Assembly (NCBI GenBank): GCA_965285935.1
Contig: OZ260663.1
Coordinates: forward strand, 90,210,001-90,274,000
Source: Ophelia neglecta
Lineage: Eukaryota
DNA: 64,000 nucleotides
Reading direction: 5' to 3'
A program made the position numbers and the translations under genes. Shown piece after piece: positions 51,789 to 64,000 of this stretch; position 1 is the stretch's first letter, and the number at the start of each line of letters is the position of its first letter. The notes under the pieces are model-generated. The model did no database searches, was not told where the DNA came from, and worked only from the letters and a program-made list of their open reading frames with translations.

Positions 51789-53670
51789 CATAGAGACTGG
51801 TCGGGCTAGGCCCTGGATTGGACAGTGTGCATAGAAATAAACTATACAGTTACAAATAACCAACATCTGTCAGCTATTTTTAACAGACAAGGCTCAAAAT
51901 TTATTCATAACTGCTTTCAATATTCTTTTTTCACTTTCTAGTGAATTTTGGTGTTTTATGATAAATCAGTGTTTATTTTTGCAAACTGTCAGTTTATTTA
52001 CCATTGGCCGAGCGCATCTAGTATGCACAAGTTATTTTGATGATTAATTATGATTTGTCCATCTTTTTTGATTAGGTCAAATCGGCATTACAATGTTTGT
52101 GCCAAAATGGTGTATATTACAAAAGGTTCCAGAACCAAAATGTACATCTACCATCAAAATCCAAATGGCATTTGGACTTAATCCGTTTTGATTATTGGTA
52201 AAACTATCTTTTAAACTACAAATTTATGTTGGTGCTATTAATAGAGCTTCGCCAGGCGGTCACAGTTTAAAATATAAACTCAACCGAGATATTACTTGGG
52301 CCATGTAGTCTATGTTCTTGTATAAACAGTGATGTCGTACAACGGATATACAGATCTAACCTTTGGTGATCCACTGTCTATATTGTTCAAGTCGAAGCCA
52401 ATCTTTCGTCCTAGGGTTCTTGGTACTGACGAGATGCACGAAGGTCTACCCAATAGTCAGGCCAAAGACATCCTACTGCACATGCGATTCTTGGTTATCT
52501 GAAACTGGATTTAGCCTGCATATTCACCGTTCATGTATATACGTTTATGATTGGCGTACGACTACAATGCACTCAAGGTTTCCACGCTTGATAAGGGGAC
52601 ACTTGTTTTATTATATAGGGCTTTCCCTTGATAATGATACGCACTTATACTACCTTGGAATATTATCAACAACATTATTAAGCCACCCTAATAAAAGTAA
52701 CCAAACATGACAGGCCGAAGACCTTTTATGGTGTCAGTTAAGGTCCTAATAATATACTGATGTACAGACTGTGATCCCATTTATTGGATCACTAGTACAT
52801 ATGCGCGCTTTTACACAACTTCCAATAAGTTAGTAAAAGCCGCCTTTGGTTTCTATGAAGGTAGTTACTAATGGAGATTGATCTACTGTCATTGGAATAG
52901 GCCATAGTTCCCAGTGCTCGATTTCTGGAAACGGCTTTATATCCTAATCAGATTAAAACAATAAGATTAAAGTGCCTAATTGGTCTTAGCTTGCTAAGTG
53001 GGTTTCCAAGAAGTTTGATTGTGTCTTGTGAATTTAGTCATTTTGTTCCTAACTTAACCTTGGTCAACGGGTACAAAACAATGTCACCTTTTAACTGTGG
53101 TCCGAGTTTATCGGTGATAGCCTATTAACTTTTAACCTCATACTGAACTTTAGACCATTAACAGAAAGCGGACCCAGAGTATTGATAGCTGGTTGATACA
53201 CGCCTAAGTCGATATAAGCCATAGGAAGAAAAATATGGACCTAAGGGTTCAGCTTCGTTCCATGTGATAACGACATTGTAAACGCCATTATACATTCATT
53301 GATAATCAAAATAACAATAGTGTAATGTTTATACAGAAAGAACAATATCATTACACTATATAAAGCCTAAATGTTTCAATAATAAAAAATTTATATCATT
53401 CTGATAAACAAGTTATATGATTTATTATGAACAATATAATACGGCCTCTTTGAATTGGAAACGAGGAACCGTTTAACATTGTACTTGAACTGTTTTATTA
53501 GGATTATGAGCACATCCTTCAGAGTGACTTTTCCCTGCCACATATTATTCGTCACCCCGATATTTTCCTTCGAGATGCAATCTTACCTTTTCGAAAGTTT
53601 TTGATATTTCATTCATCATTCCCGATTCGTGATTGTTTGCAATACATTTTATTATATGTAAAATTTGATA
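51789..53670. repeat. ~2-kb dispersed repeat, copy 2 (see 2061-4073)
   Basis: Collinear similarity to 2061-4073 with indels; lies between FMO paralogs C and B. Confidence 0.85.
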
Positions 53671-53839
53671 CTCAATGTGAGAATGTCATTATTATTAAAA
53701 CTAAACTTATTATAACAGCTTAGTTTCTGGCTCTTAGAACCTCATTTCACATTACAATACGATGCCAGGTGATTTTTCCATAGTTACATAAATAAAGCAG
53801 TGACAAAGTGCTTTATACTTTATTTTTACCTGCCTCTTC

Positions 53840-54572
53840 CTTAACTGGATTCTCATTGGATACATTAATTCAGTTACTTATACTATATACTTTAGTATAA
53901 AAACATTATCTTACAGTATAAAACAATATTATTAAAGGCCTATATTGACGTCCCGGTTAACATTTTCCTGTGATGCCAATATTGGATCCTATTTTGAATA
54001 GCAACTCATAAATTTTCAAATACATTATTCGTTTGAGTTTGTATATAAATTAGTGTGTGTGTGGCGGCGTGTAATCTTACAGGTGTTACAAAAACCGAAC
54101 GTGCTGGAATATCGATGACGTAATGTGCCCAATTAATTGCTGAATAACCAAAGACCGTTTATTGTACTATGCTCTCGCATATCATCAGGGAATTACGAAA
54201 TTTAACTACATTTTTGGACAGGATTCTTTTATTGGTTTATAATCGTCATATATTCACACCACATATATTCCATCTTTTGCGATTGCGATTTCTCGTAGTA
54301 TGGTTCTGATAGTTTCGCTATCAATTCTGAAAGCATATCGTTTGTGTCAACCTGTTAATACATTTTTAAATGACATCGTTTTAAAAGCCAATTTAATTAT
54401 ATACAGTTGAACTGGACGATTAATGTAATATATGTGTTCAGGCATTGTCTCACGATAATGACGAGCATTATGTTTTGATGAATTGTCCGTAAGGATGTTT
54501 AAGTTTTCGGAAGGTCTAATAACCTCAAATACATCACGGAAACAGCCGACACATACTTGTCATCAAAGTGAT
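53840..54572. repeat. Duplicated 3' flank of FMO C, homologous to the 3' flank of FMO B (~45475-46208)
   Basis: Shared blocks tggattctcattgga, tttcaaatacattattcgtttgagtttgt, ggcggcgtgtaatctt, gctggaatatcgatgacgta, ttcgctatcaattctg. Confidence 0.85.
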
Positions 54573-57500
54573 TTAATACAGGGCCTTATCAGTGTTCCAG
54601 TTAGTCAAGTGATTGCGGCTGTGCATTTCTGGAGAAGTCATAAAGTTGTCATCATCGATCTTCGTATAATGGGTGTTTTTTACGTTGACACCACATGTAC
54701 AGTACTCCTTAAAAAGGTAGCTAAACATTTTCTCCAAATACGATGGCACGGGGGCTATGTTCGCAAGAGTAGCTACGTCTTGAATATACCACCCCATACG
54801 TGGTGGATATAGCGTGTGGTAGCTACTTGTTGCTACACCCAGGTCGAGCGAACGCTTGTAATCCTCTTCTGCGCTTACTTCCATTTCCTCTCTAGATGGA
54901 AGCACCATTTTCCCTCTTAAATAGGCTAGAAAAAAGCGAACTTGTAAATCTTCCAAAGCAATTCCGCATAAACTAAAAAAGCCCAGGGTTGGGTGCTCTA
55001 CGTGGATAACATGTTTATATATTTGGTGGACCCGATTATCCTCAATCTTTGGACGGCATTCTGGTGTCAGAAACGGAAAGGCAAAAAGGAAGCCAGTGCA
55101 AATCAGTACCGCGTCAACTTCAATTTCTTCTCCGTCTTCAAGTACAATAGTGCTGGCTTTGACCTCTTTGATACCAGAACATGCAGTAAGGTTATCAGCT
55201 AGCAACTGTGGCCAAAGATGTGAGCGATGTTTATCGTGGCAGTGGTACACCTGAAATTGGAAAAGCATCGTGTTCTTGGTACATCTCCATAACAATAGTC
55301 TTGAATGCGCCCAAAAATTATGGAAACCTGCTAAAGTAATCACCATAAGTTGAAACAGGACGCAGTTTGCTTTTAATTTATATTTTTCTTGAGCTATTGG
55401 AAAAAAAATTACAAAATTAATCCAAACAGGCCAGTAAACTGAGCATTTTATTAGCAATAACAGGCATTTAACTACAGATTTATGTTATTGGTATTAATAG
55501 GTCGATAAAGCTTGATCAGGCGGTCCCTGTGAAAATCATACTCTATTTTGCCATTTTATCACTTTAGCAAATCTGAAGCAGAATACTAACTGGTAAATGG
55601 TGTTATGCTTTAATGCTACTTAAGATTCAATTAGACCACTACATCTTTTCGCATAGATAATGTATTAAAAGTTGTTTTATTCAGATCATTGAGACACTAC
55701 TTGCATGTTTTGCATGAAATGTCAAGGTCGGAGCTATGTCCTGCGCCGATAGTCCATTTCCCATGACAGCCACACGTTTACCGGCATATTCCTCTGGGTG
55801 TCGGTACGTGCGGCTGTGTCTCACGTCTCCTGTGAATAGCTCTAATCCTTTTACGGACGGCCATTTCGGAACAGAAAATTTACTGAAATATATATATATA
55901 TATATGTGTGTTTAATTATTATTGGCCATGTGCAGCGCCCCTGCTAGACGTCATGATATCCAGAAGTAGTCTAATTGTGGCTGGGGCATTTTATTCCTCC
56001 TTTGCGTTGCTCACTCTTCCCTTGTTTTTTATAACCTGACTATACTTATATATTGTTAATGCGTTTATGATGTTAATACTTTTAAATAAAAATACCAAGG
56101 TAATAATTTTCATTCACTTTTTGGTAACTTATTAGGTAAAAAGTACATTCGACCAAGACACTCTTTATCGCAAGACACTCTTACAAGACACAAATTATAT
56201 TGTCATAAGCACACAGACACACACACCACCACCACCCACACCCACACATATATATATAGAGCGAGAGTGAAACCTATGAATTAAGACCATTCAAGGGAAG
56301 ATGTCCTATGGCCATTGAAACAGATGAAGGATAGTTTGCATTATTAAAATAACTAATATGCGGTATGTACGCTGTATAATCTTTGTACTAAAATATTTGA
56401 TTAAGCATTGCTGCTTTTTGTATACTTAGTGCTTTAAATAAGGTATTTGCCTTATCACTGTTCATACATGCCTGAATTTCGTGGGTTTTGTTCTATCTGA
56501 CGTGTGGCCCCATTATTCAAATTTTCTATTTGCTTCTTTTGCTTTACGGAGTAGTATAAAATTAAAACGCAACCCTGATATCACTTGCAATAAGTAGTAT
56601 TCGGCAGTTTTCCATGATTTAAGTCAGAACAAAAACAAAAGAGTCAGTGGCAAATGTAGGACAGAGATGATATATGTTCTTGGAGAGTCAATGATTGTCT
56701 AAGCTAAGCTAAGAGATAAGAGCACAATGACAGAACGTGATTATAGGGCATTATATGGTTTGTCATAGTTCAATTGATTCCATCTAGCGGCAATAGGGCC
56801 AGTCGGATATGTTTCATACTGCTGACCAACAACCACTTTTCTTCATATGGGAATTTAACATGAAAATGATGTTTAAAAAGCCCTTACATAGTGCTTTTTA
56901 AAGTAATCAAAACATAACTCTCATGGAAGATTTACATTTTAGTGGGCTTTCCATTTAGGTAAATTTCACATTTTTGTGATAGCTACAGGTTTCGCGATGA
57001 ACATGGACCCGCGGCAAATCTGTAGTCTAGCCCCACATTCAAGTGCAGACTATTGGTGTGCAGTGCTGTCACCTCCTTGCTAGTAGGCTGAACTAGAATT
57101 ATTACATCATCCCTGACTTACCGCTATCTGTTTTTGATCTATGACTTATTCTAACATGCAATAAATACTTACAACGTTAATCGGAATAGCTCTCAAAGTT
57201 TAGAACTTTCATAGTTTATATTGTGCATTACTTGATAGTCAGCATCTGACCTGTGTGAGGTTTTGATCCGTCTAGTTAATCATTTAGTTGCGTTTAGTGG
57301 ATTCAAACCTTTTATAAAGTACATTTCCTTAGTGTCCCTGAATGATTTTCCGAGCTTTTTTTTTATAAAAAGGGAATATCTTTAATTTTACATCCAAATG
57401 ATCGGTCATTTTTCAATATGTGCAGAGACACTTGACATGTACAATATAAACTATGTAAATTGTAAACGTTGAGGGCTAATCCAATGAACGTTATATGTAT

Positions 57501-59261
57501 TTATTAGTGCAGGTTAGAACGCGTCAAAGGTCACGAACGGACAAAACTATCAATGAACTATGATCAGCCATATAAGCAAGTTATGACAGGTGCCCTCATT
57601 ATCATATAAATTTCAAGGAGGCTTTTCACGAACAACCATAATTATGTATGTAACCTTTTGACAGAACATTTCTGTCGAAATTAGTGTAAAGGACATAATG
57701 AGTCTATATGTGACACCGCCTCCTTTTGTCTCTATATTTATATATATATATACATATGTGTGTGTGTGTGAGGGTGAGGGTGTGTGTGTGTATATATATG
57801 TATATGTATATGTAAAATTGAAAATACTCTCGCTCTATACTACACCTCATACGTATAAATGCTTTATGTCTTGTATATGTCATATATAATCTTTATGCGA
57901 CAAATCTTAATGTTAAAACATATGGAAAAAATAAAATGAGTTGTCAATAACATCAAAAAGGATAGAACAAAATGCAGAAATTCAATTGACTAAGCTTAGA
58001 TTTTTCTGGGGTTTCATGTTTTTTTCCTAAAATGTTTTTTTTCCATTTCTAAGTGTTAGGCAAGTTTGTTTAACTGTTAGGCAAGTTGGTCAATATAGGT
58101 TTAAATGGATAGCGAACGAAGATTTCCGTTGGATTGGAAAAACATTCAATATTGATCGATTGTTTTCATTCTTTCAACACTTTCCATTGTCCATTTCCAT
58201 TGTCACATACTCCAAATGACGTAAACCTGTTGGGCACTAAAGGGACAGTATTCAACTTCTGGATGTTTATTTAGAATGGTGTATTAATAGTGTTAAACGT
58301 GCATAAACTGAACTATTTGCCTACCCGTTACACACCATTACGGCATCGAAGTAATATGTCTTCAATTCAACTGCTTTGTCATGACAAAGAGCCATGGACT
58401 GGACTTTGACTTCCCAAGTTTGGCTGCCATGGTTTTTCTCCTCAATAGGCTTGACGTCAACCACTTTAAACTCGAACTAGAGAATACAAATTTTAAAAGC
58501 ATGTCAAAATACATTGTCTTATGGCTAAATCACAAGAGGAAGTCATTTTGTAAGCTATATTTTGTCTTGCCAATAATGGAAATGACAATAAACTCTAGCT
58601 TGATCGCGTTAGAGAATTGCCCTTGGTGAAATTTAAAGAATAAATATATGTGAGCTTTTTACTGGTAAGATAAAAATATTACCTGGATATATTTTTTCAA
58701 AGTTAGATGTTGACAGAAATCCTCAAAGTATTTTCTGACTTGTTTGTTGTGTACAAATGATGGTAATTGGTCTGGGTAGGGGAAGCCCGGAAACTCCATC
58801 AGAGGGGTCGGAAAGTTGGTCCTGGCAAATAAACATTAGATACTGTACACTTGACACAACGAGTGGTACTTTCAACCTATTTCCTTAATAGTTCAAATAC
58901 TTAGGTCAGTATATGTTATCGCAGGACAGAGATTCAATATGTTATCCAACCAAATTACACCCCACCCCAAGCAACTATATTTATATTTATATATTTATAT
59001 ATATTTAGTTATTTATAATGAGGCCTCGCTTGCAAATATGACAGGCCCTTAATGTTCTTACACGAGGTCTGGGTACATTGCCGAGTACACTGGTCGCCCA
59101 TGTTCATCCGTCCCGTCGTTTTCATTGTAAACCCAAGTGCCTCCAACCTCCGCCGTCTGTTCAAAGGCGATGACATCAAATTCACCAGGATTCTCCGTAA
59201 GACGTCGTAAAGATGCTAGTCCAGCAGGCCCAGCTCCTATCACACAAACACGCTTCCCCAT
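54573..59261 (-). CDS. Flavin-containing monooxygenase, paralog C; exons 59261-59062, 58821-58683, 58476-58325, 55882-55705, 55250-54573
   Basis: Same motifs (GAGPAG, FTGDVRHSRTY, MGNGLSA, CTGF..FPFL) and exon sizes 200/139/152/178. Intron 4 donor is CAT|gcaagt. Closest to paralog B. Confidence 0.9.
57738..57812. repeat. Compound (AT)n/(GT)n microsatellite
   Basis: Alternating tatata and gtgtgt runs in FMO C intron 3. Confidence 0.85.
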
Positions 59262-61465
59262 ACCTGGAACTTGTATCAAAGTATTTACTGTGCGATACCT
59301 GCTTAAATCTTAGGTTAATACGCACATTAGGCCAACTTGCTGTCAATTTGCAATATGCAGAAGCCCGCACTATGTTTTATAAGGTAGTAATAACACGTTC
59401 GAGTGACTGTGACTTACAGATAAACTTGTATCAAATTTTCAATGTGCGAGTCTTGCCTTAAATCTATGCCTAGTGTGCACACTAGGTAAACCTACGGTCA
59501 ATGTTCAATTGATAGAATATCCACGCTCTATACTATGTACGTTTATCTCGTTCGAACGACCGTTTAAGGCGCAGTGAGATAGGGTAGAAAAGTTGGTTTA
59601 TATATTTATATACATATATATCTAAAATGGCGCAGATTTCACGAGTTGCACTTAGTTACCTTATTAAGAACCTTCGCTATCATAATGCCACCCATAATCA
59701 AAGCTGCGCGGAGCATCCCCGTAGGAAGTCCCCCATGTACCCCTGTGGGGCTGGGGTGTACGTCACATACTACTCTTTGACCGCAAGAAGGATTTGCGAC
59801 CTCCACCACTCGTGTAGTTTAATAATCAAGCTTCTCCTTTGAATTTGTTCGATTGATAGAAAGTATAAATAATTATAAATGCCTATTAAGCAACCATGCA
59901 GGGGTTTATAAATAAACCTGCGATATCTTTCTCGGGGGGAGGGGGTGGGGTGGGGTGGGCATTTGGGTAGTATCGTAACGAAAAATGTAATTGGCCTTAA
60001 TTCATATACTCACAATCAGTTAATTCAAGCATGGATCCATGGTTAAAGGAAAGAGATAGATATTATGTATACGGAGCGGTCATAATGTGTTCAACTTGGA
60101 GGGGGGGGGGGGGGGTGCGAAATCCGACGAAAAGTTGATGTGGCATGAGTTTATTGTCTGTATAACGTTGTTCAAGTCACTATATCATAGATAATTTTAT
60201 TGACAAAAGGGAGCTCTAGTCGGAAGTTAATAATTTGATAGCACTGATTTAAGATCGACAAGTTAGGCAATGTTAATTTAAATCATTGTTTAGCTTAAAT
60301 ATAATTTGTGGGTTAGGCTGTACCTATAATCTTTAACAAGAAATCAGGGGGTATCAATTTTTTGAGGTATGAACGCCGCGCTTTTTTTTTTAATTGGGAG
60401 AACTGTATAGGCCTAATGGTGAAACTGCTTTTAGCGGGTTTTAATCCGCGAAATATTTCTCTGTCGCATAATTAAAACCATCGAATATCGCATTGACTTG
60501 TCCTGTTATGGTAAAAATGTTCGCGCTGATTTTTCGCGAAAAAAAGGCTTGGCCACGAATTAAAACTCCCGAACATATAATCTTTGGATGTAGGCCTAAA
60601 TATTGTGATGCCAGTGGAAAACAACTCTCGCAGGTTCAACAACCCCCCCCCCCGCCGGCCCACTAAATAACGAGTTCTCCCTATGCTATGATGTAACAAA
60701 ATGCCTTAAAGGGAGGTCTTATAATATCTAACTTTTCTCATTAAAAGAATTGTCTGCGAATTAATGAAGGCCTATTTTCATAATTTGGTAATGATACATA
60801 CCACGCAAGTCAAGCTGATAGCGCGCGATTCGTTGAATCTCCAACCGTTTGGCAGAAACGACAAGCTGATAGCTTGCACGCAAGTGTACAAACCTTTCCC
60901 CAGGCCTATACCCACAATGACGTCATGCACGGGGATTCCACGGAAGTCACGTTATTGTCATGTGATGAGTATTGTACTTGCCAGATGTCCGTCCGTGTCC
61001 TGGCTTCCCTAATATTGTGATGATCGAAGTATATAAGTGATAGAAATTGGTGTCAATAGATCAAAACAGGTCAGTCGTCTGTGGCAACCGTTTGCATCAG
61101 TTTAACAAGTCTGCCTACGCAAATCAGGTTACCTTCGAGCATAGACATTTACATAGATAGCATCTATATGTTTCCCCGGGCAACTTTCTGTGTATTTAAT
61201 ACTAGTCATCCAGTTTCGAGTTAGAACGTTCGAGTATTGAGTTTAGATTATATATATCGAGACTTAAAGCTAATCACCAGTAAAAATTAATAAACTATAC
61301 ATACATTTATAAAGAAGAGTATAATTTTCAGCGAGCCCTAGCCTATGAAATTGGAGGGGTAGTTCTGCTGAGCCAGTGAACTGATTTGTGTGAAAAACGA
61401 TGCCCAGTGTTAGGCCGAGGTGATATTTTCCATGAAACTAAAACAAACGCTTTCTAGACGGTTAA

Positions 61466-63612
61466 TACCCATTCCCGTTCGTACCAAGTCGGTTCGTACC
61501 CAGTCTTGGATGTTTCGTACCCAGTCTTGGGCGTTTGGTACCCAGACTTGGACATTTCGTACCTTGATAAGGCGTTTCATACCTTAGTATCAGGGTTGGG
61601 GTGAGTACAGGGCTCATGTACTCGAGTACGAGTATGAGTACTTGCCTATCACATGAGTACTCGTATGCGTACAAGAAATCCTGGATGTACTCGAGTAAGA
61701 GTGTGAGTACTGCTATGCGAGTACGAGTACCGAGTACATTTGGAATAATTATTCACAACAACACTACAGTGAGTCAATCACACTTTATACATTTATTATG
61801 AAATTCCTACACAGTACAAGTTAATATCATATAGTCACTTGGAATAAGGAACCAGTGTTCAGGCCAGTGCTACTCATGACACCTTTGCTCTGTGTGTTCA
61901 AAATCATATGATCTGCTCTCTAAACAGATCTTACTAAGCAGATCTTGTGATTTGCTCATATGTTAGATTAAAGGGCAGTCAATAGAATTTGGCTTTGGCT
62001 AGAGATGTAATTGACAGCTTTATTGTATGCTATACTCCAGTGTCAGCCAAATGTACTCACTTTGGACTAAATGTAGTAATTGCTAGTGAAGTCAACTCAC
62101 TAAATGCAATTATGTTTTCAAACTGGTCAACAGGATAGCACTATACAAACATAATCCAGTGACAGGTGCACTTACTTTGGGTCCATAAGTATTCAAATTC
62201 AACACACAGAGTGCAATTGGAGAATTCTCATTTCAATGATTGCACCTCTTGGTTTGTGTAAAGTAGCAGCCAATCCCATTTCTAGCTGTGATAATATTGG
62301 AATGTGAGATAATCTTCACATTTAGTGGACATTTATTTCTCCCAGTGAACCATATATTTATACAACCCTGCTATAATGTATTGTGTAATATATCATTCTA
62401 AACTATAGCATTTAACATATACAGTATTTAACATAGCATCTGGGGAGCAGTTTGTGAGGCACACAAAGCTGAGGATTGGTAACTATGTATATACTAGTAT
62501 ATATCCTGTTCCCAGTTCCCAGTTTGAAAACATTTACAAATCCCGAACCGAAGCATGGATGTATAAAGTCTGCATTTTTTATGTCATTAGGGATAAAGTA
62601 TTTCTAGCTTCCCAATAAATTGTAATTGATTCCCTAGTCAGTTGAAATGAAACAGTACATTCCCGGGTCACAATTGTCGAATCCCGATTCTCAAAAAATT
62701 AAACCTTGAATTCCCAGTTCAAAAGTAATCCAAAATCCCGATCCCAATGGTCGGAAATACCCCTAACCTCCTCCTTTTATAGTGTTGAATGCAATTGACA
62801 GGCAAACCTCAGGGCAGACTAATACCGGTAATAGGTATTTGAGGAAGCAGGCTGGTGAAAGCAGGGAGCTCTACATTCTACAGTTAGGCCTGCTGCACTA
62901 ATATTCTCTAGGATATTTGAGCTCAACTTTCAGGTAAATAGGTATAGATTAGCATATGAAGAGCTATTTTAGAGCTCAGGCTAAAAAGCAAGGAACAATT
63001 CCTAAATCAACTAATCAATATTTTCATACTTATGGCAGGCTAGCATTTAAATATTTAAATTGACCAAAATGTTAGATTTGATCAACCATACTTTAAATGC
63101 AATTGCAGCTGGCATCAACATATCATTAAAATCAGAGCAAATCCTTTACCAACCAACGAAGAGACATTTAATTTGTTTTAAATACATGTACATTTTTCCT
63201 TGTACAATAGCTTTTGCATCTGCTATAATAACAACATATAGAGCTCCAGTGTTTAAATGCATGCAGGTACAATAATGACTATCATGCAGTTGGTTTGCTA
63301 TAATCTTCATATTCTTCATTGTAACCATCCACAACATGCATGTTGGGGACCAGTGAACAATGTGGCATATTAAAGCAGCAGTGTAAAAGACACAAAAGAA
63401 ACATGCAGTTCTATATAGTTTAGACAGCCTTAGATGCTAAAATTTTTCTATTGTGTTATGTGGATGTCCTGTGCTATTATATAATAGTGTTGCCATAAGG
63501 GTACGAAACGACCAATATACCAGGGTGGAAGAACCGTAGGAAACAACTACTACCAAGTGACGAAACATTCTGGATCGGGTACGAGCCTTCTTGGTACGAA
63601 CGTGACCGGGTA
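61466..63612. mobile_element. TA-flanked non-autonomous TIR element ends with subterminal (cgtacccagtcttgg)-type repeats, interrupted by other inserts
   Basis: Left end tacccattcccgttcgtaccaag versus the reverse complement of the right end, tacccggtcacgttcgtaccaag. ~21-bp tandem units at 61478-61570; inverted ggtacgaa units at 63499-63612. The two ends may belong to different copies. Confidence 0.6.
61591..61740. mobile_element. Left end of a second hAT-type non-autonomous element
   Basis: Starts cagggttgggg (same TIR as 39760), followed by gagtac/gtactc subterminal repeats. No matching right TIR found in the window. Confidence 0.7.
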
Positions 63613-64000
63613 AGAGCTAGTCTATCCAAGGCTGCTTGCAAAACGGCCCATGCTGAAGTGAACCCAATGTTGCTGATTTTTATGCTGAAAAAGGAGGGGG
63701 GGGGGGGGGGGACAGAACCTTCCTTATGTGGGAGTAATCCAACCCCAGTGTCCCCCAAATGGGACCCCGAACTAAGAATTGACAAAGATCACAAAAGCCC
63801 TGAATTGTGACAAGAAGGGTTTTATTCATAAAAGATCTCTAATTATTAGAGATATTTAATGAATAAATCCTTTAAAACTTATTAGTAATAAGTTTATTTA
63901 TCAATGCTTCGGCCACAATTGAAGTTTTTAACCAACCACTGGTACTGGATACTTGAAATTTGGTACTTGAAACTTTTTTTCATTTCCCGCTTCTCGATTT

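Overview
AT-rich eukaryotic (animal, probably marine invertebrate/lophotrochozoan-like) genomic DNA with spliceosomal introns. Host genes: (1) a 2-exon WSC + EGF + TM membrane protein (10.6-12.6 kb); (2) a very large, nearly intronless GRL101/LGR-type GPCR with the order signal peptide, CUB-like domains, C-type lectin, LDLa array, LRR, 7TM (18.1-24.9 kb). A 671-bp THAP-carrying TIR transposon splits it in two: the junction creates a stop codon, the right TIR supplies an in-frame ATG, and precise excision would restore a ~1940-aa ORF; (3) a 3-exon, signal-peptide-bearing N-formylglutamate amidohydrolase-like gene with a GC-AG intron and two substituted putative metal ligands (28.5-30.3 kb, minus); (4) three tandem 5-exon flavin-containing monooxygenase paralogs (42.3-59.3 kb, minus), two of which need GC donors. 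The window also holds a pseudogene fragment of the GPCR, a young 5'-truncated LINE with an open 2.9-kb RT ORF, decayed L2/CR1 LINE pieces, a complete non-autonomous hAT with nested mini-elements, other TIR elements, a ~2-kb dispersed duplicate and a perfect 140-bp tandem duplication. All calls come from manual reading; no database searches were run.
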